Source: a virus (lineage: Duplodnaviria > Caudoviricetes). Taken from it: DNA of 64,000 nucleotides. Position numbers and translations under genes: made by a program. The stretch lies in the IMG/VR virus record IMGVR_UViG_3300023170_004399, positions 64,001-128,000 of that record, one strand, 5' to 3'. Below are positions 25,727 through 34,756 of the stretch, piece after piece (position 1 is the first letter of the stretch; each line of letters starts with the position of its first letter). The notes beneath the pieces were generated by a model that saw only the letters and a list, made by a program, of their open reading frames with translations, had not been told where the DNA came from and made no database searches.

Positions 25727-26874
25727 TAAAATTAGTACAAGATACTATTGACTACAGTGACATAGAATACTTAATTAGTTGGTTGAAAACAAACCCAAGA
25801 TTAACTAAAGGGCCAATAACTCAACAGTTTGAGAAAGAATGGGCATCTTTTCAGGGTGTTGGTTACACTACTTATGTTAACTCCGGTTCTTCTGCAATAC
25901 TTTTAATGTTATATGCACTAATAGTTGCAAAAAAAATAAAGCCCGGTGACAAAATAATTGTGCCGGCAATTTCTTGGGCAACAGATTTAGCACCAGTTAT
26001 ACAGTTAGGCCTTGTACCAATATTATGTGATTGCAATCTAGATGACTTATCAGTTGACCTAGATGCTTTGGAAAAACTATGTGCTGATGAAAAACCAAGT
26101 GCTTTGATATTAGTTTCAGTTTTAGGCCTAGTTCCTAAAATGGATAGTATTGTAGATATATGTCAAAAGTATAACGTTGTATTACTTGAAGATGTTTGTG
26201 AATCTTTGTATTCTCAGCACAAGGGGAAACAGCTTGGTAATTTTGGTTTAATGTCTTGTTTTTCATTATATTTTGGTCATCACATTTCTACGATTGAAGG
26301 TGGTATAATTTCTACAAACTGTGATGAAATGAATTGCATTTTAAAATCAATAAGAAATCATGGTTGGGACAGAGATCTAAACACAAACAAACAAAAAGCA
26401 TTACGAAAAGAACATAACGTATCTGACTTTGATGCTTTATATACTTTCTACTACCCGGGTTTCAATGTGCGTGCCACAGATTTGCAAGCATATTTAGGAC
26501 TAAAACAGCTAGGAAAAATAAAACCTTATTCAGAAAAGCGTGAGGAAAATTACAAGCATTACCAAAAATCCTTACCGGATTCTTTTTGGAAACCAGTCTA
26601 TAGAAAAAATACGTTTATATCTAGTTTTTGTTATCCTATCATACATGAAAAAAGGGACAAAATAGTTGCTAACTTATTAAAAAACAATGTCGAGTGTAGA
26701 CCGCTTATTTGTGGCACAATGGGTAGACAGCCAATGTATGTTTCAAGGTATGGTGTAAAAAAATTAAAAAATGCTGATTATGTTTCTAAATATGGTTTTT
26801 ATATACCTAATCATCAAAATTTAACTTTTAAAAATATTGATAATATAGTTAATATTATAACAGAAACAATTTAA
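25723..26874 (+). CDS. colD: PLP-dependent DegT-family enzyme with active-site His (ColD-like GDP-4-keto-6-deoxymannose 3-dehydratase)
   Basis: 'NSGSSA', 'EDVCES', and 'SLYFGHHISTIEGG' with His at the position of the usual Schiff-base Lys. Start reassigned to ATG 25723, which has a GGAG RBS. Directly upstream of gmd. Confidence 0.7.
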   Translation: MIKLVQDTIDYSDIEYLISWLKTNPRLTKGPITQQFEKEWASFQGVGYTTYVNSGSSAILLMLYALIVAKKIKPGDKIIVPAISWATDLAPVIQLGLVPILCDCNLDDLSVDLDALEKLCADEKPSALILVSVLGLVPKMDSIVDICQKYNVVLLEDVCESLYSQHKGKQLGNFGLMSCFSLYFGHHISTIEGGIISTNCDEMNCILKSIRNHGWDRDLNTNKQKALRKEHNVSDFDALYTFYYPGFNVRATDLQAYLGLKQLGKIKPYSEKREENYKHYQKSLPDSFWKPVYRKNTFISSFCYPIIHEKRDKIVANLLKNNVECRPLICGTMGRQPMYVSRYGVKKLKNADYVSKYGFYIPNHQNLTFKNIDNIVNIITETI

Positions 26875-26887
26875 ATAGGTAAACACA

Positions 26888-27865
26888 ATGAAGAAAACAG
26901 CGTTAGTAACCGGTGTCACTGGTCAAGATGGCTCTTATTTAGTAGAATTTTTACTCGAAAAGGGTTATAGAGTTATTGGTATTAAAAGAAGGACTAGTCT
27001 TATAGCAACGGGGAGAATAGACCACTTATTATCAAATGACAATTTTATTTTAAAATATGGTTCAATGCATGACTCCGGATGGATGTACGAAGTTATTTCA
27101 AAATATAAACCGCAAGAAATATATAATTTAGCAGCACAAAGTCATGTACGCGTAAGTTTTGATTGTTCTATTGAAACTGTTGATATTGTTGCGACAGGGA
27201 CTTTGCGTTTATTAGAAGCTTGTCGATTATTATGCCCGGAAGTAAAATTTTATCAAGCTTCATCTTCTGAAATGTTTGGTGACAACCCTGTCAACCCACA
27301 GAGTGAAACTACAAAGCTGCAGCCAGCATCACCATATGCATGCGCTAAAGTTTTTTCACACAATCTTATGCATAATTATCGGCAAAGTTATAATATGTTT
27401 TGCTGCTCAGGCATACTTTTTAATCATGAATCTCCCAGAAGAGGGGAAACTTTTGTTACTAGAAAAATTACAAGAGCTGCAGCTAGAATTAAACTAGGTT
27501 TGCAAGATAAATTATATTTAGGCAATCTAGAAGCCAAACGTGACTGGGGGCATTCAAAAGATTATGTTGAAGCAATGTGGTTGATGTTACAACAGAAAGT
27601 GCCTGATGATTTTGTCATAGCGACGGGAAAGACTTACTCTGTAGCAGAGTTTTTAAAGACAGTTTTTGATTATGCTGGATTAAGTATTGAAAAACATGTT
27701 GAGTTTGATAAAAGGCTGCTAAGACCTCATGAGGTGCCTTTGTTGTTAGGGGATCCAAGTAAAGCTAAAAAAGTTTTAGGGTGGAAACCTAAATATGACA
27801 TGCATAGTTTAGCAAAAGAAATGTATGATTCTGATTACATATATTTTAAAAACTTTTTAACATAA
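26888..27865 (+). CDS. gmd: GDP-mannose 4,6-dehydratase
   Basis: 'TGVTGQDGSYL', 'YNLAAQSHVRVSF', 'YQASSSEMFG', 'PASPYACAK', 'FNHESPRRGETFVTRKIT', 'RDWGH'. Confidence 0.97.
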   Translation: MKKTALVTGVTGQDGSYLVEFLLEKGYRVIGIKRRTSLIATGRIDHLLSNDNFILKYGSMHDSGWMYEVISKYKPQEIYNLAAQSHVRVSFDCSIETVDIVATGTLRLLEACRLLCPEVKFYQASSSEMFGDNPVNPQSETTKLQPASPYACAKVFSHNLMHNYRQSYNMFCCSGILFNHESPRRGETFVTRKITRAAARIKLGLQDKLYLGNLEAKRDWGHSKDYVEAMWLMLQQKVPDDFVIATGKTYSVAEFLKTVFDYAGLSIEKHVEFDKRLLRPHEVPLLLGDPSKAKKVLGWKPKYDMHSLAKEMYDSDYIYFKNFLT

Positions 27866-27919
27866 AAACACAAAACTGTTGGTATATTATCTTATATATT
27901 TAAAATAGGATTAATTATT

Positions 27920-28771
27920 ATGATGTTACCAACTGGAAAAGCACACATATCGTTTAGTGAAATTAAGCTATGGGCAGAATGTTCTTATAGGCATAAGTTG
28001 ACATATGTTGATAAGTTAGATGCGTATCAAGATAACCAATATGCTGATTTTGGAACAATATGCCACAACCATATTGAGATATTTTTAAAATCAAAAAAAC
28101 CAATATCAGAAGATCAAGTAATTATTGATTTTAAAAACATGTGGAAAGAAAGAAGGTACGATAGTGATGAGTTTATTTTAGAAAAAAAGGAAAGCGATAA
28201 GAAATACAAACATGTTTATTTAGAAACCTGGGTTAAATATGCATTGCAAATATTAAGTGAATTCCCGGAGTGGATGAATAGCACGTTTCCCGATTATCAA
28301 GTTTTATCAGTCGAAGAATTGCTGATGGAAGACATAGAAGGTCATGATCAAAAATTTAAAGGCTTTATTGATTGTATAATAAAAGTGCCAAAGAAAAATG
28401 ATAAATATTTATATTACATTATTGATTGGAAAACGACAGGCCCTGGAGGCTGGTTTTATCTCAAAAAAAGGGATTTTAACAGTTTAGCACAAATTGGTAT
28501 GTATAAGCTGTTTTGGTCAAAAAAATATGAAGACATCAATGTCAAAGATATAAGAACCGCTTTTGTATTTCTAAAAAGAGGTGCAAAACCTGGGAAGTGT
28601 ATAGATATATTTACAGTGTCAACTGGGCCGAAGTTTTTAGAAAAATCTAGTAAACTAATTAACACAATGCTTTATAATGTTAAGAAAGGTGTTGCATTGC
28701 GAAATTATAGCAATTGCAAATTTTGTCCATTTAAAAATACGGAGCATTGCAGTGGTGGAGAATACACGTAA
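27920..28771 (+). CDS. PD-(D/E)XK nuclease, Cas4/RecB-like with putative Fe-S staple
   Basis: 'SFSEIKLWAEC', 'KGFIDCII', 'IIDWKT', 'QIGMY', C-terminal 'CKFCPFKNTEHC'. Confidence 0.85.
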   Translation: MMLPTGKAHISFSEIKLWAECSYRHKLTYVDKLDAYQDNQYADFGTICHNHIEIFLKSKKPISEDQVIIDFKNMWKERRYDSDEFILEKKESDKKYKHVYLETWVKYALQILSEFPEWMNSTFPDYQVLSVEELLMEDIEGHDQKFKGFIDCIIKVPKKNDKYLYYIIDWKTTGPGGWFYLKKRDFNSLAQIGMYKLFWSKKYEDINVKDIRTAFVFLKRGAKPGKCIDIFTVSTGPKFLEKSSKLINTMLYNVKKGVALRNYSNCKFCPFKNTEHCSGGEYT

Positions 28772-30008
28772 AAAAAAGATAGTAGTTTTATCAGATCACG
28801 CGCTATCTACTAGTGGCGTAGGTACGCAGACTAGACACTTAATACATGGTTTGTTAGAAAAAGGCACGTGGTCTTTTAGGCAGTTAGGTGCAGCTATGAA
28901 ACATGCATCATATGACGTTATTACAGTAAATGATGATTTTATTATTAAACCAGTTGATGGATTTGGCACTAAAGAACAAATACGATTAATATTAGCTACA
29001 GAGAAACCTGACGGTATTTTAATATTTACTGACCCAAGATTTTTCGTTTGGTTTTTCGAAATAGAAGATGAAGTAAGACAAGTTTGTCCAATATTTTATT
29101 GGCACGTATGGGATAATGCACCATATCCGGCTTTTAATAATCCTTATTATGATTCATGTGATCTGATTAATTGTCATAGTTACCACACCTTCGAACAAGT
29201 TTCCGAAAAATACCCAGAAAAGACTAATTTTGTGCCGCACGCTTTGCCAAACGATATTTTTTATGAAATACCAGAAGAAGAAAAAAATGCAATGAAAAAG
29301 CAGTTTTTTGGCGACTCCGGGGAAGATTTGTTTATTGGTTTCTGGATGAATAGAAATGCAAAAAGAAAGAGGCCAGGCGACTTATTGCTAGCATGGTCTA
29401 TGTTTATAAAAACGTTAGAGAAAAATCACGGACACAAAAAAGCTAAACTAATAATGCACACTGATCCTAGAGATAATGAAGGGCCTAATTTAATTGCAAT
29501 AGTAGATATGTTAGGAATAAGAGATAATGTTTTATTTTCTAATCAGAGAGTTGGATTTAAAGAAATAAATATATTGCATAATATTGCTGATTTTACTATC
29601 AACATATCTTTTGCAGAAGGGTTTGGTCTTTCAACACTAGAAGCTATGCAAACGGGGACACCTATTATTGCTCCTAAGACTGGCGGTCAAACACGACAAG
29701 TAGTTGATCACCGTGATGGCAGCGAAAATGGTTTTGCTTTGCCTATTGAATTTAAAACTTTAGTTGGCTCACAAAATGTGCCTTACATTTATGAAGATTA
29801 CACTAGCATAGAAACTATTGCAGAAAAAATTACTGCTATGTATGAGTTAGGAAAAGAAGGTCGAAAAGCTTTAGGTGAAAAAGCAAAAAAATATGTCGAA
29901 AGTGAGTTTAACTATCAAAAAACAATAGACTTGTGGCATGATACAATGAATGAAACAATAGAGAAGTTTCAAAAAAACACTAGAAGATTTACTTGGAGTA
30001 GTTTATAA
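28755..30008 (+). CDS. glycosyltransferase family 4
   Basis: 'SGVGTQTR', 'NRNAKRKRPGDLL', 'EGFGLSTLEAMQTGTPII'; likely GTG start at 28755 with GGAG upstream. Confidence 0.9.
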   Translation: MENTRKKKIVVLSDHALSTSGVGTQTRHLIHGLLEKGTWSFRQLGAAMKHASYDVITVNDDFIIKPVDGFGTKEQIRLILATEKPDGILIFTDPRFFVWFFEIEDEVRQVCPIFYWHVWDNAPYPAFNNPYYDSCDLINCHSYHTFEQVSEKYPEKTNFVPHALPNDIFYEIPEEEKNAMKKQFFGDSGEDLFIGFWMNRNAKRKRPGDLLLAWSMFIKTLEKNHGHKKAKLIMHTDPRDNEGPNLIAIVDMLGIRDNVLFSNQRVGFKEINILHNIADFTINISFAEGFGLSTLEAMQTGTPIIAPKTGGQTRQVVDHRDGSENGFALPIEFKTLVGSQNVPYIYEDYTSIETIAEKITAMYELGKEGRKALGEKAKKYVESEFNYQKTIDLWHDTMNETIEKFQKNTRRFTWSSL

Positions 30009-31183
30009 TGAAAACAATGCTTATAAGAGGTCCACTTTTAAGTCAAAGTGGTTATGGCGTACACTCAAGACAAATATTTAAATGGGCACTAGAAAACACT
30101 GATTATCAAATATTTGTGCAGGTGTTACCTTGGGGGATTACACCATGGTATACAAATAGTGATGCATGTGATGGGCTAATTGGTGAAATATTTAAACGGA
30201 CGGCACCAATTAATACTAAGTGTGATGTTTCAATGCAAATACAACTTCCTAATGAGTGGGATACTAGTTTAGCAAAAACAAATATTGGTGTCACTGCAGT
30301 TGTAGAAACTGACATATGTAGCAAAGAATGGGTAAACGCTTGCAACAATATGAGTGCTGTAGTTGTGCCTTCTAAATTTTGTAAACAGACTTTGCTAAAT
30401 TCAGGTCACAGTGGCAAAAATCTTTTTGTAATTAGCGAGTCTTTTATTGATGAATGCAATTTGCCTATTAGAGAAAGTTACCCTTTTAGGACCAGCGTAA
30501 ATTTTCTTCTGTTCGGCCAAATAACAGATATGAACGTTGAAACAGATAGAAAAAATACCTTCAATGCTATTAAATGGTTTTGTGAGACATTTGAAGAAAC
30601 TGTTGGTGATGATGTACATCCGGATGATGTTGGATTAGTTATCAAAACTAATTGTGGTACAAATAGTAAAATCGATTACAATTTAACAAAAAGGCAATTA
30701 GAAGCATATATAAAAAATGTGCGCAAAGGTAATTATCCAAAAATATATTTATTACATGGTCATATGACGAATGAAGAAGTTGTTGGTTTATACAAACACC
30801 CAAAACTTTTAGCTTTGTTAGCGCCAACTCGTGGTGAAGGATTTGGTTTGCCAATTTTAGAAGCAGCAGCATGTGATTTACCGGTAATAGCAACAAATTG
30901 GTCCGGACATTTAGACTTTTTAGGTGATGATCATTGGCTCAAAGTAGAAAAAAGAACGGTGATGGTGCCACCCGGGAAAATAGATGGTCGTATCTTTGTA
31001 GAAAATAGCAAATGGGCTGAGCCATTAGAGTTCAGTTACAAGCAAAAACTAAGATATGCAGCTATGAATATGGTAGAAGTTAAATCTGAAGCAAAAAAAC
31101 TAGGTAAAAAAGTAAGATCAAAGTTTAGTCACAAAGTCATTGTTAAAGATTACAATAAGTTATTTAGGCGTTTGAAATGTTAG
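30008..31183 (+). CDS. glycosyltransferase family 4
   Basis: 'SQSGYGVHSR', 'DRKN', 'RGEGFGLPILEAAACDLPVIATNWSGHLDF'. Confidence 0.9.
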   Translation: MKTMLIRGPLLSQSGYGVHSRQIFKWALENTDYQIFVQVLPWGITPWYTNSDACDGLIGEIFKRTAPINTKCDVSMQIQLPNEWDTSLAKTNIGVTAVVETDICSKEWVNACNNMSAVVVPSKFCKQTLLNSGHSGKNLFVISESFIDECNLPIRESYPFRTSVNFLLFGQITDMNVETDRKNTFNAIKWFCETFEETVGDDVHPDDVGLVIKTNCGTNSKIDYNLTKRQLEAYIKNVRKGNYPKIYLLHGHMTNEEVVGLYKHPKLLALLAPTRGEGFGLPILEAAACDLPVIATNWSGHLDFLGDDHWLKVEKRTVMVPPGKIDGRIFVENSKWAEPLEFSYKQKLRYAAMNMVEVKSEAKKLGKKVRSKFSHKVIVKDYNKLFRRLKC

Positions 31184-31476
31184 AAATATTAATTTGTTTA
31201 GGTTTAGTTTTATTTATAGTATGTTGCGTTTCACTATACTATAATTACAAATTTGCTATGGCATTATTAAAAATTGAAGATTCTTTGACGGAATGTCTGG
31301 ATATATTAGATGAACGTTACGCTAGCGTTGCAAAAATATTAGAGACACCACTGTTTTATGATTCACCGCAAATAAGACAAGTTGTTATAGATATGCAAAA
31401 GTGTCAAGAGAGTATTTTAATGGTAGCAAACGTTATATCAAAGGTAGAAAATGTAAATGAAGAAGAGAGTAATTAA
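31177..31476 (+). CDS. membrane-anchored hypothetical protein
   Basis: N-terminal hydrophobic helix; 'LFYDSPQIRQV'. Confidence 0.7.
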   Translation: MLEILICLGLVLFIVCCVSLYYNYKFAMALLKIEDSLTECLDILDERYASVAKILETPLFYDSPQIRQVVIDMQKCQESILMVANVISKVENVNEEESN

Positions 31477-32179
31477 AAGAAAGCCTTCCGGAAAAAAACC
31501 ATATTTTACGAAGGAAACACAAGCTAATATTAAACTTTTTATTGAATCAGAAGATTTTGATGAAAGAGAAAAGATATATAGAGAAAAAATAAAACCAGCA
31601 TTAGAAACTTTAGTTGAAAATTTAATATTTGTATATGGGTTTCATAAGCAACACGCAGACATACAAGCTTTAAAACATAATTGTGTTATAAATTTATTTG
31701 AATCTTTGCATAAATTTGATCACGATAGAAATAAAAATGCATTTTCTTATTTTAATGTTGTTGCAAAAAACTGGTTAATTATATACAGTCGAAAAGTTAA
31801 TAAAATAAAAAGAAAGACAGTTTATTTAGCAGATCAAGCTAGCTTCTCGGCTGGTGATATGTTGACTCTTTCGGAGTATCACAAAGCTGGTCCAGCAATG
31901 CTCCCAATTGAAAAAGAAGAAAAACAACAAGCTTTAATGGATATGTTAGGTTATCTTAAAACACAGTGTAAGTCTGATAATGAAAATCGATGCATGGATG
32001 CTATTATAAAAATATTCAGAGATAATTCTAATTTAGATTATTTAAATAAAAGAGCAATATTTGTTTATGTTAGAGAATTAAGTGGTCTTAATTCAAAACA
32101 ACTATCTGTCTGCATGTCTAATATTAGAAAGTATTATAGAAAAGTAGTTGGTCCGGATAAGGAGTTTGATATATTATGA
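31457..32179 (+). CDS. phage sigma-factor-like transcription protein (gp55-like)
   Basis: 'YFTKETQANI', and region-2-like 'LKHNCVINLFESLHKFD..RNKNAFSYFNVVAKNWL' (compare gp55/sigma 'A..KFD.....NAFAYFT'); C-terminal helix pair 'RELSGLNSKQLS'. Confidence 0.65.
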   Translation: MKKRVIKRKPSGKKPYFTKETQANIKLFIESEDFDEREKIYREKIKPALETLVENLIFVYGFHKQHADIQALKHNCVINLFESLHKFDHDRNKNAFSYFNVVAKNWLIIYSRKVNKIKRKTVYLADQASFSAGDMLTLSEYHKAGPAMLPIEKEEKQQALMDMLGYLKTQCKSDNENRCMDAIIKIFRDNSNLDYLNKRAIFVYVRELSGLNSKQLSVCMSNIRKYYRKVVGPDKEFDIL

Positions 32180-32526
32180 GCAAACAAATGACATTTGAAG
32201 AAATAGAAGATAAAGTAAAAGATTTTAAAAAACTATTAGAATCTATAGACGCTAGCAGTGACAAAAAGAAAACACTGTGGAAAGAAATATATGAAAATGC
32301 TTATTTAGATAGAATGAATGCATATATGTTATTTACTGATGTATACATGGGTTTAAGTGGTGACAAATCAGATCACATTGCTTTAGGGCAAACAATGGCT
32401 AAATATTTAGAGCGTATGAATAAAGCTAATGACCAGTTAATCAAATTAGCAGAGATTATTTCAAAAGAAGAAGAAAAAAGCTCAAAGATAAACCCAGATG
32501 ATTTGTTCTCGGAGATATCAAAATAA
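32176..32526 (+). CDS. hypothetical helical protein
   Basis: 116-aa ORF, translationally coupled on both sides. Confidence 0.75.
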   Translation: MSKQMTFEEIEDKVKDFKKLLESIDASSDKKKTLWKEIYENAYLDRMNAYMLFTDVYMGLSGDKSDHIALGQTMAKYLERMNKANDQLIKLAEIISKEEEKSSKINPDDLFSEISK

Positions 32527-33944
32527 TGGACGCGTCTAGATCAGGTTACATAGATAGGCTAAGAGTTAAAAATAATAGCGCCGGTGTGCTTAAGAAAGGC
32601 GTTGTGCAATATATTGTTAACGATACCGACAACTTTTCTATTGACGAAAATGACGTTGTTATAAATGAAAGATATGTTGACTCTGCGCCAGCAAATTCAT
32701 TGTTAGTGTATGATGTAACTAAAGGAAAATCAGATGAAACGTTAATGGTTTTGTACCCTATGTTTCAATCGCATATTCAACTGCCAGTAAAAGTTGGTGA
32801 ACATGTTTTTTTCTTAGAAGATTCTAGTGGGCTTGGTTATTACATATCACGAGTTCACGATACTAGAGCAGTAGAAGATTTAAATTATACGCATTCTCCT
32901 AGAAAATTTTTAGAAGACAGTGAAAGAACTACAGATCAAAAAGCTGAACAAAATAGTGGCAACAGTAATTCTAATTATGTGCCTGAATTTAATGATGGTG
33001 GAGAAACAGATGAAACTAAATCATTTGTAAACTTAGATTATGAACAAATTATTGAGAAGTCAAAAGAGAGCATTGTTTATGACGCTGTTCCTCCCTTGAA
33101 AAAAAGGTTAGGCGATTTAGTACTGCATTCAAGCTATAATTCATCTATTGTATTAGGTGCTGATCGCGGCCATATTGAAACTAACGAACGGCTGGAAGAA
33201 TCAAATGTTGGTACAATACCTAAAAATAAATCTGGTACAATTGATATAGTAGCAGGTCGTGGTCAAACCCGAGGTGTTAATGTTGCAACTGCACAGTTAG
33301 AAATAACGAATGCAAGAAATGAAAATGAGCTAGATAAAGCTCCATATTTAAATGGACTTGAAGTCAACGTTGCTACTGGTGATCCACATTTTAAGTATGA
33401 TGATTCTAGAATTTATGTAAGTATGAACACATCCCCAGATGACAATTTCCAAATATCCAAAAGTTTCGCGCAAAGATTTTCTACTGATTATAATTTATTT
33501 GAAAACGTGCCAGCAATAGTTTTAAAAAGTGATCACTTAAGATTTGTTGCTAGAAAAGATGACGATATGTCTGCTAATGGCTCTATAAGGTTAGTAAAAG
33601 AGGGCGCTGTTGACACTGATGCCTGTTCAATAGGGCTAGAACCAGATGGTGAAATACACATAGCTGGTAGTAAAATATATTTAGGTCGGCCCAGTGCTAG
33701 TTTAAAAGGGCCTGGCGAAGGTGGTTCAGAACCTTATATAATGTACTCTGCATTAGAAAAATTATTAAATGATACATTTGATATTATTACTAATTTTTGC
33801 ACAACCTTAGAAACACATGTGACGCCTGGTTTTGGTGCACCCAGTCCACAAATAACGGCTGCAGCAACAAAGTTGAAAACTGAAATAGGTTTTACAAGAA
33901 GAGCGATTGTTGATATAAAGTCAAAGAGGATATTTGGAGAATAA
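32526..33944 (+). CDS. baseplate central spike-like protein (gp5/VgrG/Gp138-like)
   Basis: OB-fold-like 'LPVKVGEHVFF', beta-rich C-half, terminal 'LETHVTPGFGAPS'; upstream of the gp25/gp6-like genes. Confidence 0.55.
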   Translation: MDASRSGYIDRLRVKNNSAGVLKKGVVQYIVNDTDNFSIDENDVVINERYVDSAPANSLLVYDVTKGKSDETLMVLYPMFQSHIQLPVKVGEHVFFLEDSSGLGYYISRVHDTRAVEDLNYTHSPRKFLEDSERTTDQKAEQNSGNSNSNYVPEFNDGGETDETKSFVNLDYEQIIEKSKESIVYDAVPPLKKRLGDLVLHSSYNSSIVLGADRGHIETNERLEESNVGTIPKNKSGTIDIVAGRGQTRGVNVATAQLEITNARNENELDKAPYLNGLEVNVATGDPHFKYDDSRIYVSMNTSPDDNFQISKSFAQRFSTDYNLFENVPAIVLKSDHLRFVARKDDDMSANGSIRLVKEGAVDTDACSIGLEPDGEIHIAGSKIYLGRPSASLKGPGEGGSEPYIMYSALEKLLNDTFDIITNFCTTLETHVTPGFGAPSPQITAAATKLKTEIGFTRRAIVDIKSKRIFGE

Positions 33945-33945
33945 A

Positions 33946-34197
33946 ATGGCATTAAACAAAGCTACATTAAAAAACAAAATTGAGACTGCATTTAAAAATC
34001 AATTACAAGCATCAAAAGAAAAAAATGCAAACCCGGAAGCATTAATTGCTGAATTAAGCCAGTCAATTGCTGATGCAGTTGATCAATATATAAGAAGTGC
34101 TACTATTATTGTGCCTCCAGGGCAGCCAGTGCAAGTTGTTGTCCCGGCTGGTACTGGTGCCACAGCAGGACCTTCATCACCCGCCACTATTTCATGA
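33946..34197 (+). CDS. small baseplate-associated hypothetical protein
   Basis: ATG 33946 with GGAG RBS; Pro/Gly-rich C-terminus; lies between the spike and gp25-like genes. Confidence 0.6.
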   Translation: MALNKATLKNKIETAFKNQLQASKEKNANPEALIAELSQSIADAVDQYIRSATIIVPPGQPVQVVVPAGTGATAGPSSPATIS

Positions 34198-34248
34198 AAT
34201 TAAGTTGTATATTTTTTACTATAGTATAATTATGCTTGGAGTGTTATA

Positions 34249-34755
34249 ATGACGTCAAGCAGAAATAGAAAAGTATATGATTTTAAATCAGTAGGAAATA
34301 AGTTAGATGTAATCGTTGACAGTAACAAAGCTTTTGTTAATGAAACGACGCCTACTTTGCCTCCTATAGGTATACAGACACCAATACAATTAAGTAATGA
34401 AGATAGTTTGTTTGCTATGCATAAAGATATAGCAAAAAATGTTTCGGACAATTTGCGTAATTTAATATTGACAAATAAAGGTGAAAGACTTGGTAGACAT
34501 GATTTTGGTGCAAATTTAAGAATCTTACTGATGGAATATACTAATTTAGAAGATTTTGAAAATGCTGCAGTTAGGTCTATAAAGCAAAACGTTAATAAGT
34601 ATCTTCCATTTGTTTCTTTGGGGTCATTTCAAACTTTTACGGACCAGGTTGACAATAAAAATGTAGCTAAAATAGGGATAAGATTAACTTATTACTTGTA
34701 TGACATTGATGACAAAGAAAGAATGTTAGAAATCATGTTGTATGTAGGAGGATAA
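34249..34755 (+). CDS. baseplate wedge protein, GPW/gp25 family
   Basis: 'NLRNLILTNKGERLGRHDFGANLRILL...IKQNVNKYLPFV'. Confidence 0.9.
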   Translation: MTSSRNRKVYDFKSVGNKLDVIVDSNKAFVNETTPTLPPIGIQTPIQLSNEDSLFAMHKDIAKNVSDNLRNLILTNKGERLGRHDFGANLRILLMEYTNLEDFENAAVRSIKQNVNKYLPFVSLGSFQTFTDQVDNKNVAKIGIRLTYYLYDIDDKERMLEIMLYVGG

Positions 34756-34756
34756 A

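Noticed and set aside
25723-26874. Annotation as perosamine synthase or a generic DegT aminotransferase
   Set aside because: The catalytic Lys required for transamination is replaced by His, which is the ColD/E1 dehydratase signature.
27920-28771. Cas4-like gene as evidence of a CRISPR-Cas locus
   Set aside because: No repeat-spacer array and no cas1, cas2 or effector genes seen; solo Cas4-like nucleases are common in phages.
12158-31183. Interpretation as a bacterial O-antigen or capsule locus on a cellular chromosome
   Set aside because: No wzx/wzy/wzz/ABC transporter or initiating transferase; flanked on both sides by phage fibre, sigma and baseplate genes; no housekeeping genes in 64 kb.
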